From a bacterium (GTDB lineage Bacteria; UBA8248): DNA of 64,000 nucleotides. The DNA lies in NCBI GenBank assembly GCA_965202625.1, contig CBDBBI010000010.1, positions 1,920,001 to 1,984,000 on the forward strand, written 5' to 3'. The translations under genes were made by a program, and so were the position numbers. The notes below the pieces were generated by a model that saw only the letters and a list, made by a program, of their open reading frames with translations, was not told the DNA's origin and did no database searches. Position 1 is the stretch's first letter, and each line of letters begins with the position of its first letter. Of this stretch, positions 42,580-52,695 are shown piece after piece.

Positions 42580-43128
42580 CTATTCGGCGGGCGCCGTCTC
42601 GGCCGGGGCTTCGGGACGCATGTCCGCCTCCTGGTTTCTGAGGCCAAACAGCTTGCCCCAGGGACGGGGACCGGCGTAGTTCACCTCTTTCTCCCAGACG
42701 TCGTAGAGGCGCTCTTTCTCATATACGAGGTCGTCCCGAAAGTATCCGGGCGTTTCATATTGGTGGGTGTGGACGATGGACTTGGGCGTCGTGGGACACG
42801 CCTCTGTGCAGAGCCCGCAATACATGCACCGCATGTAGTCAATGTAAAACTCTTTGGCGAACATCTCACGGCCCTTGCCCTCCGTGACGATGGTGATGCA
42901 GTCCACGGGGCACGCCTTCTCGCAGTTCAGGCAGCCGATGCAAAGCTCCTCGCCTGTCTTGAAGTCGCGCGTGAGTCCCAGAAATCCGCGAAAGCGATCG
43001 GGCGGCTCCCAGCGTTCCGTGGGATACTGCAAGGTGACCGGCTTCTTGAACATATGGCGCAGCGTGAGGGACATGCCCTTCACGATATCCCAGAGAAAAA
43101 ACTTTCTCAGTCCTCTGGTGAACTCCAT
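42580..43128 (-). CDS. nuoI: NADH-quinone oxidoreductase subunit I (orphan)
   Basis: TLQYP.E, RFRG, two CxxCxxCxxxCP ferredoxin motifs. Confidence 0.88.
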   Translation of the reverse strand: MEFTRGLRKFFLWDIVKGMSLTLRHMFKKPVTLQYPTERWEPPDRFRGFLGLTRDFKTGEELCIGCLNCEKACPVDCITIVTEGKGREMFAKEFYIDYMRCMYCGLCTEACPTTPKSIVHTHQYETPGYFRDDLVYEKERLYDVWEKEVNYAGPRPWGKLFGLRNQEADMRPEAPAETAPAE

Positions 43129-43151
43129 CTCCGTCTCCTCGCCCTGAATTT

Positions 43152-44111
43152 CTAGGAGGCGGAAGCCGCCGCCTGCTTTCGGGTCTCCGCCTGCGCTTCA
43201 AGATATTTCTCGGCGGCGACCGCCGCCGTGGTCGCATCGCCCGAGGCGTTCGTGATCTGTCGAATCAACTGGCTCCTGCAATCGCCCGCTACGAAAAGCC
43301 CCGGAACGCTCGATTCCATGTTCTGATCCGTGATGATGAAGCCGCCCTCGTCCTTCTCTACGGGGTCTTGTATCAAATCCGTGTTCGGAATGAAACCGAT
43401 GAAAACGAACAGGCCCGTGGCGTCGAGCTCGCTCGTCTCGTCGGTATTCACGTTTCGAATGCGGAGCCTCTTCATCTCCTTGTCATCGCCCCCCACCTCC
43501 TCCGCCACGTGGTCGGTGATGATCTCTATCTTGGGGTTCTCCCGCGCCTTGTCCATCAAAATCGCGTGGGCGCGGAACTTATCGCGGCGGTGGACGAGAT
43601 AGACCTTCGAGCCGTATTTCGTCAAAAACTGACCCTCCTCCACCGCGCTGTTCCCGCCCCCCACAACGGTGATCACCTCGTCCTGGAAGAATGCGCCGTC
43701 GCACAGCGCGCAATAGCTGACGCCCTTGCCCGCGTATTTCTCCTCGCCCGGAATCCCGAGCTTTCTCGGATAGCCGCCGGGCGTATAAATCACCGCGCCG
43801 CAGCGGCGCTCGCCCGCGTCGGTCCGGACGATGAAGTCATCCCCGTCCTTCCGCACTTCCAAAACTTCTTCCATCTCGATTTTAAGGCCGAACTTCACGG
43901 CGTGATCCGTAAACTTGGCCGCCAGCTCCTGGCCGCCGACCAACTCGAAGCCCGGATAATCCTCCACGTGCTCAGTGTTGAGAATCTCGCCGCCGGGCGC
44001 CAGCTTTTCATAGCAGACCACGTTCAGCTTCGAGCGAGCGGTATAAAGCCCCGCCGTCAGCCCGGCGGGCCCGGCACCAATGATGATGATTTCAAAATCG
44101 CGCTTCGGCAA
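43152..44111 (-). CDS. trxB: thioredoxin-disulfide reductase
   Basis: GAGPAG, GVSYCALCDG, GGGNSAVEE, HRR, AGD. Confidence 0.93.
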   Translation of the reverse strand: MPKRDFEIIIIGAGPAGLTAGLYTARSKLNVVCYEKLAPGGEILNTEHVEDYPGFELVGGQELAAKFTDHAVKFGLKIEMEEVLEVRKDGDDFIVRTDAGERRCGAVIYTPGGYPRKLGIPGEEKYAGKGVSYCALCDGAFFQDEVITVVGGGNSAVEEGQFLTKYGSKVYLVHRRDKFRAHAILMDKARENPKIEIITDHVAEEVGGDDKEMKRLRIRNVNTDETSELDATGLFVFIGFIPNTDLIQDPVEKDEGGFIITDQNMESSVPGLFVAGDCRSQLIRQITNASGDATTAAVAAEKYLEAQAETRKQAAASAS

Positions 44112-44421
44112 AACGAATCTCCACGCTGGAGGAAAACAGACAAAAAACGAAACCTATGCACCAGACGCAACGGACAGCCAAATTCTAGCACCCGCACCAT
44201 ATCATGCCAACCCCGCAGAAATTCGCCGGCCCGGTGCCGAAGCCATCGCCAAAAAGACGGGGATGGACGGCATCCGCGCGACTTTGCGGGAGTTTCTGTT
44301 TCTCTCTGCCTCAGGCCGCCAGTGCCCAAGTCCATGCTTCTTTCGTTTGCTGGTTGCGCGGAGCAAGGCAAACCACCAGATCGCCCGTCTTCGCATCTTA
44401 CGGGAACCGCATCTCCCGCCC

Positions 44422-44700
44422 TCAAATGGGGCGATCGCGCCCCTTATCGTTCACGGCGGCGATTCCCAGCAGGCTTTCGAGCCTAGCCCTATCGAAGCCG
44501 ACCACTTTCTCCTCACCCACGAAAATCACGGGCGCAGCGCGCATGTTCGCCCTCTGGAACAGATCCTCAAGCGCCTCTGCGTCCTCATCCACACGCTTCT
44601 CCGTATAGGCCACGTCATGATAGGAGAGAAACTCTCTCACCGCCTTGCAGGGCGCTCACGTTGAGGAAGAGTACACCGTCACCCTTTTCGCATCCAACAT
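44422..44700 (-). CDS. glutaredoxin/NrdH-like redoxin selenoprotein (UxxC), Sec at codon 15
   Basis: GGAGGT RBS, ATG at 44700: MLDAKRVTVYSSST-U-APCKAVREFL...AAPVI..G...VGFD; TGA at 44656-44658 is in frame with ORF 44422-44640. Confidence 0.85.
44622..44641 (-). promoter_or_regulatory. putative bacterial SECIS hairpin
   Basis: 14 nt after the UGA: GG-U(bulge)-GAGAGA-GUU-UCUCUC-CU. Confidence 0.6.
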
Positions 44701-44783
44701 CCGCACCTCCTATAAAAACGTCTGAATGCCTCCTCACCGCAACTGGGCGTGCGCCGGGCGGCCTTGCCCAGGCGAGATTTTCG

Positions 44784-46154
44784 CTACCTCGGCGTATTCA
44801 CCCTCTCCAGCAAGGCCGTGAGCTCTCTCGTCCGAATCGAGTCGAGCCTCGAGACGGCGTCTGCGATCTCCTCGCGCAAGGAGGCGTCCGTGCGCGCCTC
44901 GCTCAGCGTCTCGAATTTCTCCTTCACCACTCCCCATCCCATCGGGGTGGAGAAATGCCCCTCCCAGGCGGGCTTCTCCAGCCTGTGGACATCGCCGCCC
45001 TTCAGCGTGACGGCGATCCGCACGGGCGACTGCGCGGGATACCTCGCCGTCATCTCATCGGAGTTCGTGGTTCTCACCTTCCTCAAAAGCTCCTGCACGT
45101 CATCGGCGCGGATTCTCTCCTCCGCATATTGCGCCGGCAGAACCTGCTCGTCGATGATGGCGACCGAGAGCACGTAGGGCAAGCTGTGATCCGCCGTCTC
45201 CTTGTTCAGCACGTGCTCGCGCGCGCCCGCCTTGCCCTCGCCCATGATGAAATAGGCGCGCTCGTAAATTCCGATCTCCACGTCCTCGACGTCCTCGGGC
45301 ACAAAGCCGTGTTCGCGCTTCATCTCGATGACACCCTGGATCGCCGTCTGGGAATGCAGGCCCGCGTTGTAGCGTTTGACGCTGATCTCAAGCATTTTTC
45401 CTAAAGAAGCGTCCGACCAGTCCACGTGGAACTCTCCCGTCACCGACTCGAACACCCCGAAAGGGCCCTCCAGCAGCCGGAGGGGGCCGCTCACACCGCG
45501 CATGGCCAGAAACGTCGAATGCACTCCGCTGTGCCCCGCAGCCGCGTAGGCAAACCCTTTCCAATGGGACAGCTCGCCCGTGCGCGTGATGAGCAGGGGG
45601 TTTTGGCGCACTCCGCTCAACGCGATGGCGTGGGCCGTCCTCTCCAGGTCAAGACCCAGGGCGCGCGAGGCACCCGCAGCCACGGCGTAGGCGCCCGCCA
45701 TAGGCTGATCGAAACCCCTCTTCTCATAGGGGGCGCTGTCGCAAAAGCGGCACTGCACCTCGTAGGCTACGGCGAGGGCGGTCATGAACTCCGCGCCGCT
45801 CGCGTCGGCGTATTCGGCCGCCGCCATCACGCTGCCCGTGTTGTCGCTCGGGTGCGAGGTGGCGAGCTTCCCCATGAACCCATCGTTGAAATCCAGATAC
45901 CGAATCAGCGCGGTGTTGTAGAACGCCGCCCTGTCCGGCGCGGATCTTCCGCCGCCGATGAGCGCGCAGTGGGCCGCGCCGCCAAAATCATCCGCCTGCG
46001 CGCGCAAGAGGCGCACCGGACCCTCTCCCAGAGAGCCGATGGCACAGCCGATGGTGTCGAGCATGAGCGTCTTCGCCTGAGTGCGCGCCTCCTCGGAGAG
46101 ATCATCAAAACTCTTCGCAGCGGCGAAGGCTGCGATCTCCTCTACTATCGTCAT
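44784..46154 (-). CDS. MmgE/PrpD family protein
   Basis: DTIGCAIG, RYLDFND, HPSDN, GELSHWKG, ETADHSLPY. Confidence 0.9.
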   Translation of the reverse strand: MTIVEEIAAFAAAKSFDDLSEEARTQAKTLMLDTIGCAIGSLGEGPVRLLRAQADDFGGAAHCALIGGGRSAPDRAAFYNTALIRYLDFNDGFMGKLATSHPSDNTGSVMAAAEYADASGAEFMTALAVAYEVQCRFCDSAPYEKRGFDQPMAGAYAVAAGASRALGLDLERTAHAIALSGVRQNPLLITRTGELSHWKGFAYAAAGHSGVHSTFLAMRGVSGPLRLLEGPFGVFESVTGEFHVDWSDASLGKMLEISVKRYNAGLHSQTAIQGVIEMKREHGFVPEDVEDVEIGIYERAYFIMGEGKAGAREHVLNKETADHSLPYVLSVAIIDEQVLPAQYAEERIRADDVQELLRKVRTTNSDEMTARYPAQSPVRIAVTLKGGDVHRLEKPAWEGHFSTPMGWGVVKEKFETLSEARTDASLREEIADAVSRLDSIRTRELTALLERVNTPR

Positions 46155-46243
46155 GTGGGCACTCCTCGGTCGAACCAGATTTTTTGGGGAAACCCGCTGC
46201 TCGCACCGCCCGCCGAATACCCCTGGCAAGGGATGAGTGCGGG

Positions 46244-47248
46244 TTAGCCGCCGTTCAGTTTCCTGTATGTCTTCTGCATGATGAGGGCATCGTATTCCAG
46301 TGCGGGACTCTCGCACACTACACGACCCTCCGCCCCGAAGTCTATCAGCGCGCGCAACAAGTCCGGATAGTTCATGTCCGAATCGTCCAGTTCGAGGTGA
46401 TGCGCCTCACCCTTGTCCGAATACGCGATGCCCGAGAGGTGAATGTGCATCGTCTTCAGAACCTCTTCGCCCATCTTGTTCTTCAAAAGCTCGAGCTGCT
46501 CCCCAAATTCCTCGTAACTGTTGTTCGCCCCGGCCGAGCGCGCGTGAATATGGGCGAAGTCTATTGTCAATCCCACGTTTTTCTCCTTGAGGGCGGCGCC
46601 CACCTCGGCAATCTCCTGAAGGGAGCCGAACTGGCTGCCCTTTCCCGTGGTCTCCGGGTCCAGGCGCACTGGACAGCCCTCCTCTTTCAGGACGTCGGCG
46701 AGCTCCCCTATCTGGTCGCGAATGAAGTCCTGCGTCTCCTTCGGGTCTCGCTTCTGGTAAAACCCGGGGTGAAAGCACGCGCCGTCTCCGCCGCACACGG
46801 CCAAGGCGCGCGCCGTATCCAGCACGCGCTTGCGGCTCGCGATGCGCTTCTCCTCCTCAAGCGAGTAGAGGTTCACGTAATAGGGGCCGTGCGCAGTGAT
46901 CTGAACACCCGTCTCGGCCTGGGCGGACTTCACCTCCTCGCACGTCTGCGGCCTGATGCGAACGCCGTGCACGAACTCCATTTCATAGACGCCCAGGCCC
47001 AGCGCATAGAGTCTGCGCACCGCTTCGGGGTGGGACTGCGGACGGGCCGAATGCGGAACACCTCCCGTGCCGAAGAAAATGCGATCCGCCCTCTTCGGCT
47101 TCGCGTTCAGCCGCAAGGGACCGTCATATATTCTTCCTTTTGGCTTTTCCTGCGGAACCCCCGGCGCCCAGCCGCGCACCTCCGCCTTCGGCCTGGCCGC
47201 TCTGCTCTTCGCGGGGGTTTTCTTCGTCTCTGCTCGCTTCTCCGGCAT
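46244..47248 (-). CDS. endonuclease IV-like TIM-barrel AP endonuclease (archaeal-type) with basic N-terminal extension
   Basis: FGTGGVP, HGPYYVNL, FHPG, ETTGK..QFGS, DFAH.HAR, H.HLSGI, ESP.LE.DAL. Confidence 0.85.
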   Translation of the reverse strand: MPEKRAETKKTPAKSRAARPKAEVRGWAPGVPQEKPKGRIYDGPLRLNAKPKRADRIFFGTGGVPHSARPQSHPEAVRRLYALGLGVYEMEFVHGVRIRPQTCEEVKSAQAETGVQITAHGPYYVNLYSLEEEKRIASRKRVLDTARALAVCGGDGACFHPGFYQKRDPKETQDFIRDQIGELADVLKEEGCPVRLDPETTGKGSQFGSLQEIAEVGAALKEKNVGLTIDFAHIHARSAGANNSYEEFGEQLELLKNKMGEEVLKTMHIHLSGIAYSDKGEAHHLELDDSDMNYPDLLRALIDFGAEGRVVCESPALEYDALIMQKTYRKLNGG

Positions 47249-47370
47249 CCCCGACCTCAATAGACGTGTCGCGCGCAGTAGCGGCTCTCCTGGCGGATCG
47301 CTCCTTCAAACGGTCGATGGCCCACTCTAGCAGATATGCGCGCATATCGCGAGACGCCAGGCGGGTGAGT

Positions 47371-47991
47371 TCATGCGACGGGCGCCTCCCTGGGCGGTTC
47401 GCCCAACCACTGTACCATCTGCGCGAGAACCTCTTTCTTGCCCTGCCCGCCATGCGCGCTACACAGAATCGGCCCCGACCATCGGCCATACCGCCCGCCG
47501 CCTACAGTTTTCACGAGCGCGTCCAGGGCGGCTCGTCTCTCGCCGCGCTTGAGCTTGTCCGCCTTGGTGAGCGTCAGGCAAGACGGAAGGCTCTCCGCCG
47601 CGAGCCATTCGAGCAGGCCCAAATCCATCTCCCGTGCCCCGCGACGCGAATCGACGAGCACGAGAACGCCCCGGAGCGTTTCCCGACGCTGGAGATAGTC
47701 TTCGACCATGGGCCGCCAGCGAGCTTTCTCCGCGAGCGGTGCCCGCGCGTAGCCGTAGCCCGGCAAATCCACGAGGGTGAAATTCCCGTCCACGTCGAAA
47801 AAATTGATGAGCTGGGTCTTTCCCGGCGTCGCGCTGGTCTTGGCCAGGCTTTTCCGGTTGGTTAAAAAATTGATGAGCGATGATTTGCCGACGTTGCTCC
47901 TCCCCGCGAAAGCGATCTCCGGCAAGGCGGCCCTCGGCCAGCCCGTCCGCCGCGCGGCGCTCTTGATGAATTCGGCGTTTTGGATTCTCAT
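47371..47991 (-). CDS. engB: ribosome biogenesis GTP-binding protein YihA/YsxC
   Basis: GRSNVGKSS, TPGKTQ, DLPGYG, TKADK. Confidence 0.95.
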   Translation of the reverse strand: MRIQNAEFIKSAARRTGWPRAALPEIAFAGRSNVGKSSLINFLTNRKSLAKTSATPGKTQLINFFDVDGNFTLVDLPGYGYARAPLAEKARWRPMVEDYLQRRETLRGVLVLVDSRRGAREMDLGLLEWLAAESLPSCLTLTKADKLKRGERRAALDALVKTVGGGRYGRWSGPILCSAHGGQGKKEVLAQMVQWLGEPPREAPVA

Positions 47992-48009
47992 GCTTTCGGA
48001 GCCCGCGTC

Positions 48010-49326
48010 TCAGGGCGCATCCTCCGCCGGAGGAGCGAAGGCGTGCATGAGGAGGCCCGTGCGCAACTTCGGGTAAAAATAGGTGGACTTGTGCGGCATC
48101 TTTCCGCTGGCTTTGGCGATCGCGCGCACTGAATCCATGGGAGTGGGGTTCAGCAGAAGCGCCACAGCGCATTCGCCCCTCCTGGCGGCGGACAGCGCTT
48201 GTTCCGGATCGGGCGTGAAGCCAATGTCCGCCTCACCAGGAGATGCCCGATACGCCCCCTCCACGACGTCCGCGTGAAGGCGACTCACGTCCAGGGAGGC
48301 GATGGCGTCACCCACGGACGCGCCGCTCCCCTCGCGCCGTGTTCCGATCAGGTACCAGACGCTCGCCCCGCCCGCGTAAAGACAAAAGACGGGGACCCCT
48401 TCGTTCTCCCGCGACAATCGCGCCAAACGCCTCGCCACCTCGCCGCCGGCTCCCACCTCCGGTGCCACCTCGCGCTGAACGTCGTATTTCCTCGCCAGCG
48501 ACGCGAGCGCATCCTCTGTCGTGACGGACGCCCTCTTAAGCAGTCTGTGGGTAGGCAAAATCACCATACCCGGATCCGAGGCGTTGGCAAGACACATCAG
48601 GGTGTAATCCGCCTCGCACCCCTCGGGGGCGCCTCGCCCGCGCGCCGCTTCCATGAGGTTCAGGGAAGTTTCATAGCGATGGTGGCCATCGGCGATGAAC
48701 GCCTCCCTCCCGAGAAGGGCGGCGTAAGCGGCTTCGATGGCGGTCGCGTCATCGCAGCGCCACAGGGTATGGCGCACGCCGTCGTCCTCGAAATCGGCGA
48801 TGGGCGCGGCGTCCATCGCGCCCCTCAAGGCGCGGAGCGGCGCGTCCTGGGCATCGTCGTAAAAACTGAAAATGGGCCCCAGGTGCGCTCCGCTTCCGCC
48901 CCACAAGTCGAACAAATAGCCCTTTGGCTTGGGAAAAGTCCGCTCATGGGGGTGAATCTGACCCTGGCCATAGGGTTCGAGCTTCACCGTGGCGAAAAAC
49001 GCGTTCCTCTCCAGCCGCCTTCCGTCCGTGAGCGCGAAGCATTGGCGATAGGGATAGAGGGCGGGCGAGGCGTCCAGTGCCATATCTCCGCTCTCGCGCC
49101 ACTTTCGCAAGTATTCGACCGCGCGCGCCACGCGGCCCGCATCCCCTTGCTCCCCCTCCAGAATTTCGCCCTGAATCAGCCGCACGACGTTTCGGGGGTG
49201 GCGCTCGTAGTAGCGCCGCCGGAGCGCGGGTGTAAAGACGTCGTAAGGCGGGGAGGATACCTCTCCCATCTCCTGCGGAGTGAGGTTCACATATCTAAGC
49301 GCGCGAAACCCGCGAATCTCGACCAC
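48010..49326 (-). CDS. DUF1015 family protein
   Basis: SPPYDV, PHERT, IADGHHRYET, ILPTHR, MPHKSTYFYPKL.TGL. Confidence 0.9.
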   Translation of the reverse strand: MVEIRGFRALRYVNLTPQEMGEVSSPPYDVFTPALRRRYYERHPRNVVRLIQGEILEGEQGDAGRVARAVEYLRKWRESGDMALDASPALYPYRQCFALTDGRRLERNAFFATVKLEPYGQGQIHPHERTFPKPKGYLFDLWGGSGAHLGPIFSFYDDAQDAPLRALRGAMDAAPIADFEDDGVRHTLWRCDDATAIEAAYAALLGREAFIADGHHRYETSLNLMEAARGRGAPEGCEADYTLMCLANASDPGMVILPTHRLLKRASVTTEDALASLARKYDVQREVAPEVGAGGEVARRLARLSRENEGVPVFCLYAGGASVWYLIGTRREGSGASVGDAIASLDVSRLHADVVEGAYRASPGEADIGFTPDPEQALSAARRGECAVALLLNPTPMDSVRAIAKASGKMPHKSTYFYPKLRTGLLMHAFAPPAEDAP

Positions 49327-49405
49327 CGAGAACTCCTTCTAAAGCGCGAGATGAAGATAAGCAAATTTCATGCCCAAACTCCTGCCATCAATATTTCAGC
49401 TCCCG

Positions 49406-49906
49406 TTAGAGATTCACCGAATAGGGCAACGACTTGATATACCTTTCCATGAATTTCCAATTGGGGTCACCTGCGAAGGTTGCGGGCAGATTGATTCTCG
49501 CTTTCCGCAACCTCTCCTGACTGCATTTGCGTCCATAGTTATATCGATATTGCTCAAGGTTAATCACAGCCGCCAAGAACATGGGGACATACTTGTTCAT
49601 GGGGAATTTCGGCAAGAGCTTTTCCACGTGATCTGACGCGGAAAAAGGCCGATCCCGATATGCGCAATACCCCAAAACCGCGCTGTCTATCATGAGAACG
49701 CCGCCATGCCCCACGGGCTCCTTCCACGCATTGCAAAAGCCCTTGACTCCATTGTTCGTCGCCTGCGTTGTGACGTAAGGATGGCCACTTTGCGGCGTGC
49801 GGGGCTCCAAATCCAGATAAAGCGCCGTCTTGGTGCCTGCAACCTTGAAAAGATACGTAAAACAATCGCGCACGGAGATATTAGAATGGAGATATCCCGC
49901 TGTCAA
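49406..49906 (-). pseudogene. orphan C-terminal half of a restriction-modification specificity (S) subunit
   Basis: PYVTTQATNNG, IDSAVLG.C.Y...FSASDHV, YRYNYGRK, PNWKFME.YIKSLPYS; a single TRD with no methyltransferase or nuclease nearby. Confidence 0.65.
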
Positions 49907-50047
49907 AACTCCGCTCGGTGGTTTTGGCGGCCCTGGATTTGGAAGGGGCGCGTGAGTTGACCCGAACCATCGGGTAATCTAGGTTTCTCACTGCTACGGG
50001 CGGTGCCGAACGAGCCGCGGGGGAAGGTCGTGACGGAGAAGATGGTG

Positions 50048-50998
50048 ATGAAAACCAGGTTCGGCGTCAGCTTTGGCATGCACCCCGACCGCATCTACGC
50101 GCCGGAAGAGATGTACGCGTTCGCCGAAAGCGCCGAAGCCCTCGGTTACGATTCCCTATGGATTGGCGATCACCTCGCCTTTCACGGCCATTACACCGAG
50201 AGTCTCACCACTCTGGCCGCCTTCGCGGCTCGAACCAGCCGAATTACACTGGGCACGGGCGTGTATCTCTTGCCGCTCAGAAGAGCCGCCATCGCCGCCA
50301 AGACGGCGGCCACGGTGGATTACCTCACGGGCGGAGGGCGCTTCATCTTCGGGGTCGGGGTGGGCGGCGAGGGCAAGGCGGAGTTCGCGCTTTGCGGCGT
50401 ACCCGTCAAGGAGCGGGGCGCCCGGACCGATGAGGCCATCGAAATCGCGAGAAAACTCTGGAGGGGCGAGGCGGTGAGCCATCAGGGGCGATTTTTGCGC
50501 TTTGAGGACGCGCGACAGACGCCGGCCCCTACCACGCCCGGCGGCCCGCCCATCTGGGTGGGCGGCCGCAGCGACGCTGCCCGCAGACGAGCGGCGCTCC
50601 TGGGCGACGGCTACGTCTCCTATATGTTCTCCGCGCCGCGCTTCGCCAAGGGACTGGAGGACATGAAGCGTTGGGCGGAGGCGGCGGGGCGGCCCCTGGA
50701 CGTCGCGGGAGAGAAGTGGACGCCGGCGCACCACGCTTTCATCTACGTTCATCAGGATGAGGAGCGCGCCCTGCGATGCGGCATAGATAATCTCTCGAAG
50801 CGCTACAACATGGATTTTGACGGCATCGCCCAAAAGTATCTATTCTATGGACCGCCCGCGCGCTGCATGGAGCAGATAGCGGCCTTCCAGAAGGCGGGGG
50901 CGCGGCATTTCATCTTCAAGCACGTCGGTCCGGCGGACGAGGAGATGCGCCAGATGGCGCTTCTCGCCGAGGAGGTGATTCCAGGGGTGAGAGATTGA
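50048..50998 (+). CDS. LLM class flavin-dependent oxidoreductase
   Basis: AEALGYDSLWIGDH, AARTSRITLGTGV, GRFIFGVGVG, PPIWVGG. Confidence 0.9.
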   Translation: MKTRFGVSFGMHPDRIYAPEEMYAFAESAEALGYDSLWIGDHLAFHGHYTESLTTLAAFAARTSRITLGTGVYLLPLRRAAIAAKTAATVDYLTGGGRFIFGVGVGGEGKAEFALCGVPVKERGARTDEAIEIARKLWRGEAVSHQGRFLRFEDARQTPAPTTPGGPPIWVGGRSDAARRRAALLGDGYVSYMFSAPRFAKGLEDMKRWAEAAGRPLDVAGEKWTPAHHAFIYVHQDEERALRCGIDNLSKRYNMDFDGIAQKYLFYGPPARCMEQIAAFQKAGARHFIFKHVGPADEEMRQMALLAEEVIPGVRD

Positions 50999-51351
50999 GG
51001 AAGACGAAAAAAGCCGGCGTCAAATTGCCCATCTGCACCATTTTGATTCTCACGCTTCTGGGCGGCGTGATCTATTGGGGCTACGCCAAATTCGACGCCG
51101 AGCAAACCATCGCGCGGAAGACGGCCAGTGCGCCCGTACAAGAAGCCGCATCAGGCGCGAGCCTGCCGCCAGTCACCTATCGCTCCGCGTTCCCCCTGTA
51201 TTTTCTCGTGGGCTTCGCCATCGCCATGGCGCTCATCATGGGAAGCATCGTCTATTTCTGGTGGTCGCTCAAGGATATGGAAGGAGGCAGACGCTACGGC
51301 GAGGAGGAGGAAACGCCCACTCGCGATTCGGATAAAGTCTCCGCCCCCTAG
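50995..51351 (+). CDS. hypothetical membrane protein (2 TM)
   Basis: TTG start overlapping the upstream stop; two hydrophobic segments. Confidence 0.55.
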   Translation: MRKTKKAGVKLPICTILILTLLGGVIYWGYAKFDAEQTIARKTASAPVQEAASGASLPPVTYRSAFPLYFLVGFAIAMALIMGSIVYFWWSLKDMEGGRRYGEEEETPTRDSDKVSAP

Positions 51352-51364
51352 GCCCCCGCCGGAC

Positions 51365-52444
51365 TCACGCCTGCTCAATGGCGGAGAGAAACCACTGGTT
51401 CGGCCCCTCGGGCCTCGCCCACGTCCAGTGCTCGCTGAAGCGTACCCGATCAGTGCGGCTGCCCTCAAGAACCTCTTCGCTTCCCTCTTTCACCACATAG
51501 TCGCAAAGGCTCGCCTCGTAACGCACGGTGATGAAATCGTAGCCCTCCTCGTTCCATGCCTCGACAATTTCCGCGCGCTTGACCTCCACGTTGTCGAGCC
51601 TGTTCACCTTGCCTTCGTGCCTGAGTCCCTCAATGTCGCGCTCCACCTCCGCGCACATCTCCTTGTCCATCATGTCGCGGACGGGGCCGAGGTCGCGCGC
51701 CGTCCAAGCGCGCTGAAACCGGAGGAAGTTCTCTTTCGCCAGATCCAGAAAAGCCTGCTCGGAGAAGGAGGCGTCGGCGTCGGCCATTTTCCGCAACCCC
51801 TCGTCCGCCTGAGAATCACGGCGTGCGCTGACGCCCGAACGGCCCGCGTCTCGCGCCCCGCCGATGTCCGGGCCGCGATATACGTCCCCGGCTCTCTCGT
51901 ATCTGTCACGCGGCTCCTCCTCGTATCCCCCCACGCCGTAGGGGTCCGCCTCGGCGTAGCGGCGGCTTCCCGAATAACGGGGCGCTTGCAGAGCGTTTGA
52001 GGAGCGGTTTCGCATCATTCGAAAGATAAGAAAGATGACGCCGCCAATCAAGAGAATTTCGAGAATGCCAAAACCGCCACCCGCGCCGCCACCCGCGCCG
52101 CCGAACATCATACGACCCAGCATTCCGCCCAGCAAAAACCCGCCGATGCCCGCGAACAGGCCGCTTCCGAGGCCGCCGCCCATGAACGCGCTTCGGCGAA
52201 ACGGACTGCGCGAGAAGCTGCTCGAGCGTGAACCCAAGTTCGAGCGCCTTGAAAAACTCCTCCGTCCAAAACTGCCGAGTCCGCGCGAGCCGCGAAACCC
52301 GAAGGAGCGGAAACCGCCAAAGCGCCGCGCCTGCGCCTCCTGAACCACCAGCCCCAGACCATCCGGCGTGCGCGCGGGCACTCCCAAGTGCGCGGGGGCG
52401 AGAAGAAAAAACGCGAACGATGCGCAGATGAGCAAAGACTTCAT
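51365..52444 (-). CDS. Tim44 domain-containing protein
   Basis: Signal, Gly/Arg/Ser-rich region, TM, F...A.ENF...Q.AW, F.EHWT..R....W.LSAI.Q. Confidence 0.88.
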   Translation of the reverse strand: MKSLLICASFAFFLLAPAHLGVPARTPDGLGLVVQEAQARRFGGFRSFGFRGSRGLGSFGRRSFSRRSNLGSRSSSFSRSPFRRSAFMGGGLGSGLFAGIGGFLLGGMLGRMMFGGAGGGAGGGFGILEILLIGGVIFLIFRMMRNRSSNALQAPRYSGSRRYAEADPYGVGGYEEEPRDRYERAGDVYRGPDIGGARDAGRSGVSARRDSQADEGLRKMADADASFSEQAFLDLAKENFLRFQRAWTARDLGPVRDMMDKEMCAEVERDIEGLRHEGKVNRLDNVEVKRAEIVEAWNEEGYDFITVRYEASLCDYVVKEGSEEVLEGSRTDRVRFSEHWTWARPEGPNQWFLSAIEQA

Positions 52445-52695
52445 TCAACACCTCCAAAGGCGGCAAGCCCGAGCAGACGCAACAGGGACCCTTCAATGAC
52501 TCTGATTATCCCAACATCCGAGGAACAAGTCCATTGCGAAAAAGATGGAACGCCCGCGCGACGCGGATTCGCCCAAATCGTTGATGGCGGGTTCGCCCTC
52601 TGCTACCATCGGGTGTGATTGTGGAAATCGGTCTGATGGATCCGGACGAGGCCACGCCCGGCCCCGGTCGAAAAAGTCGAGGAACTCCTGATCGC

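Noticed and set aside
44057-44425. 122-aa ORF between the redoxin and trxB
   Set aside because: No recognisable motif, atypical composition, and it overlaps the trxB start.
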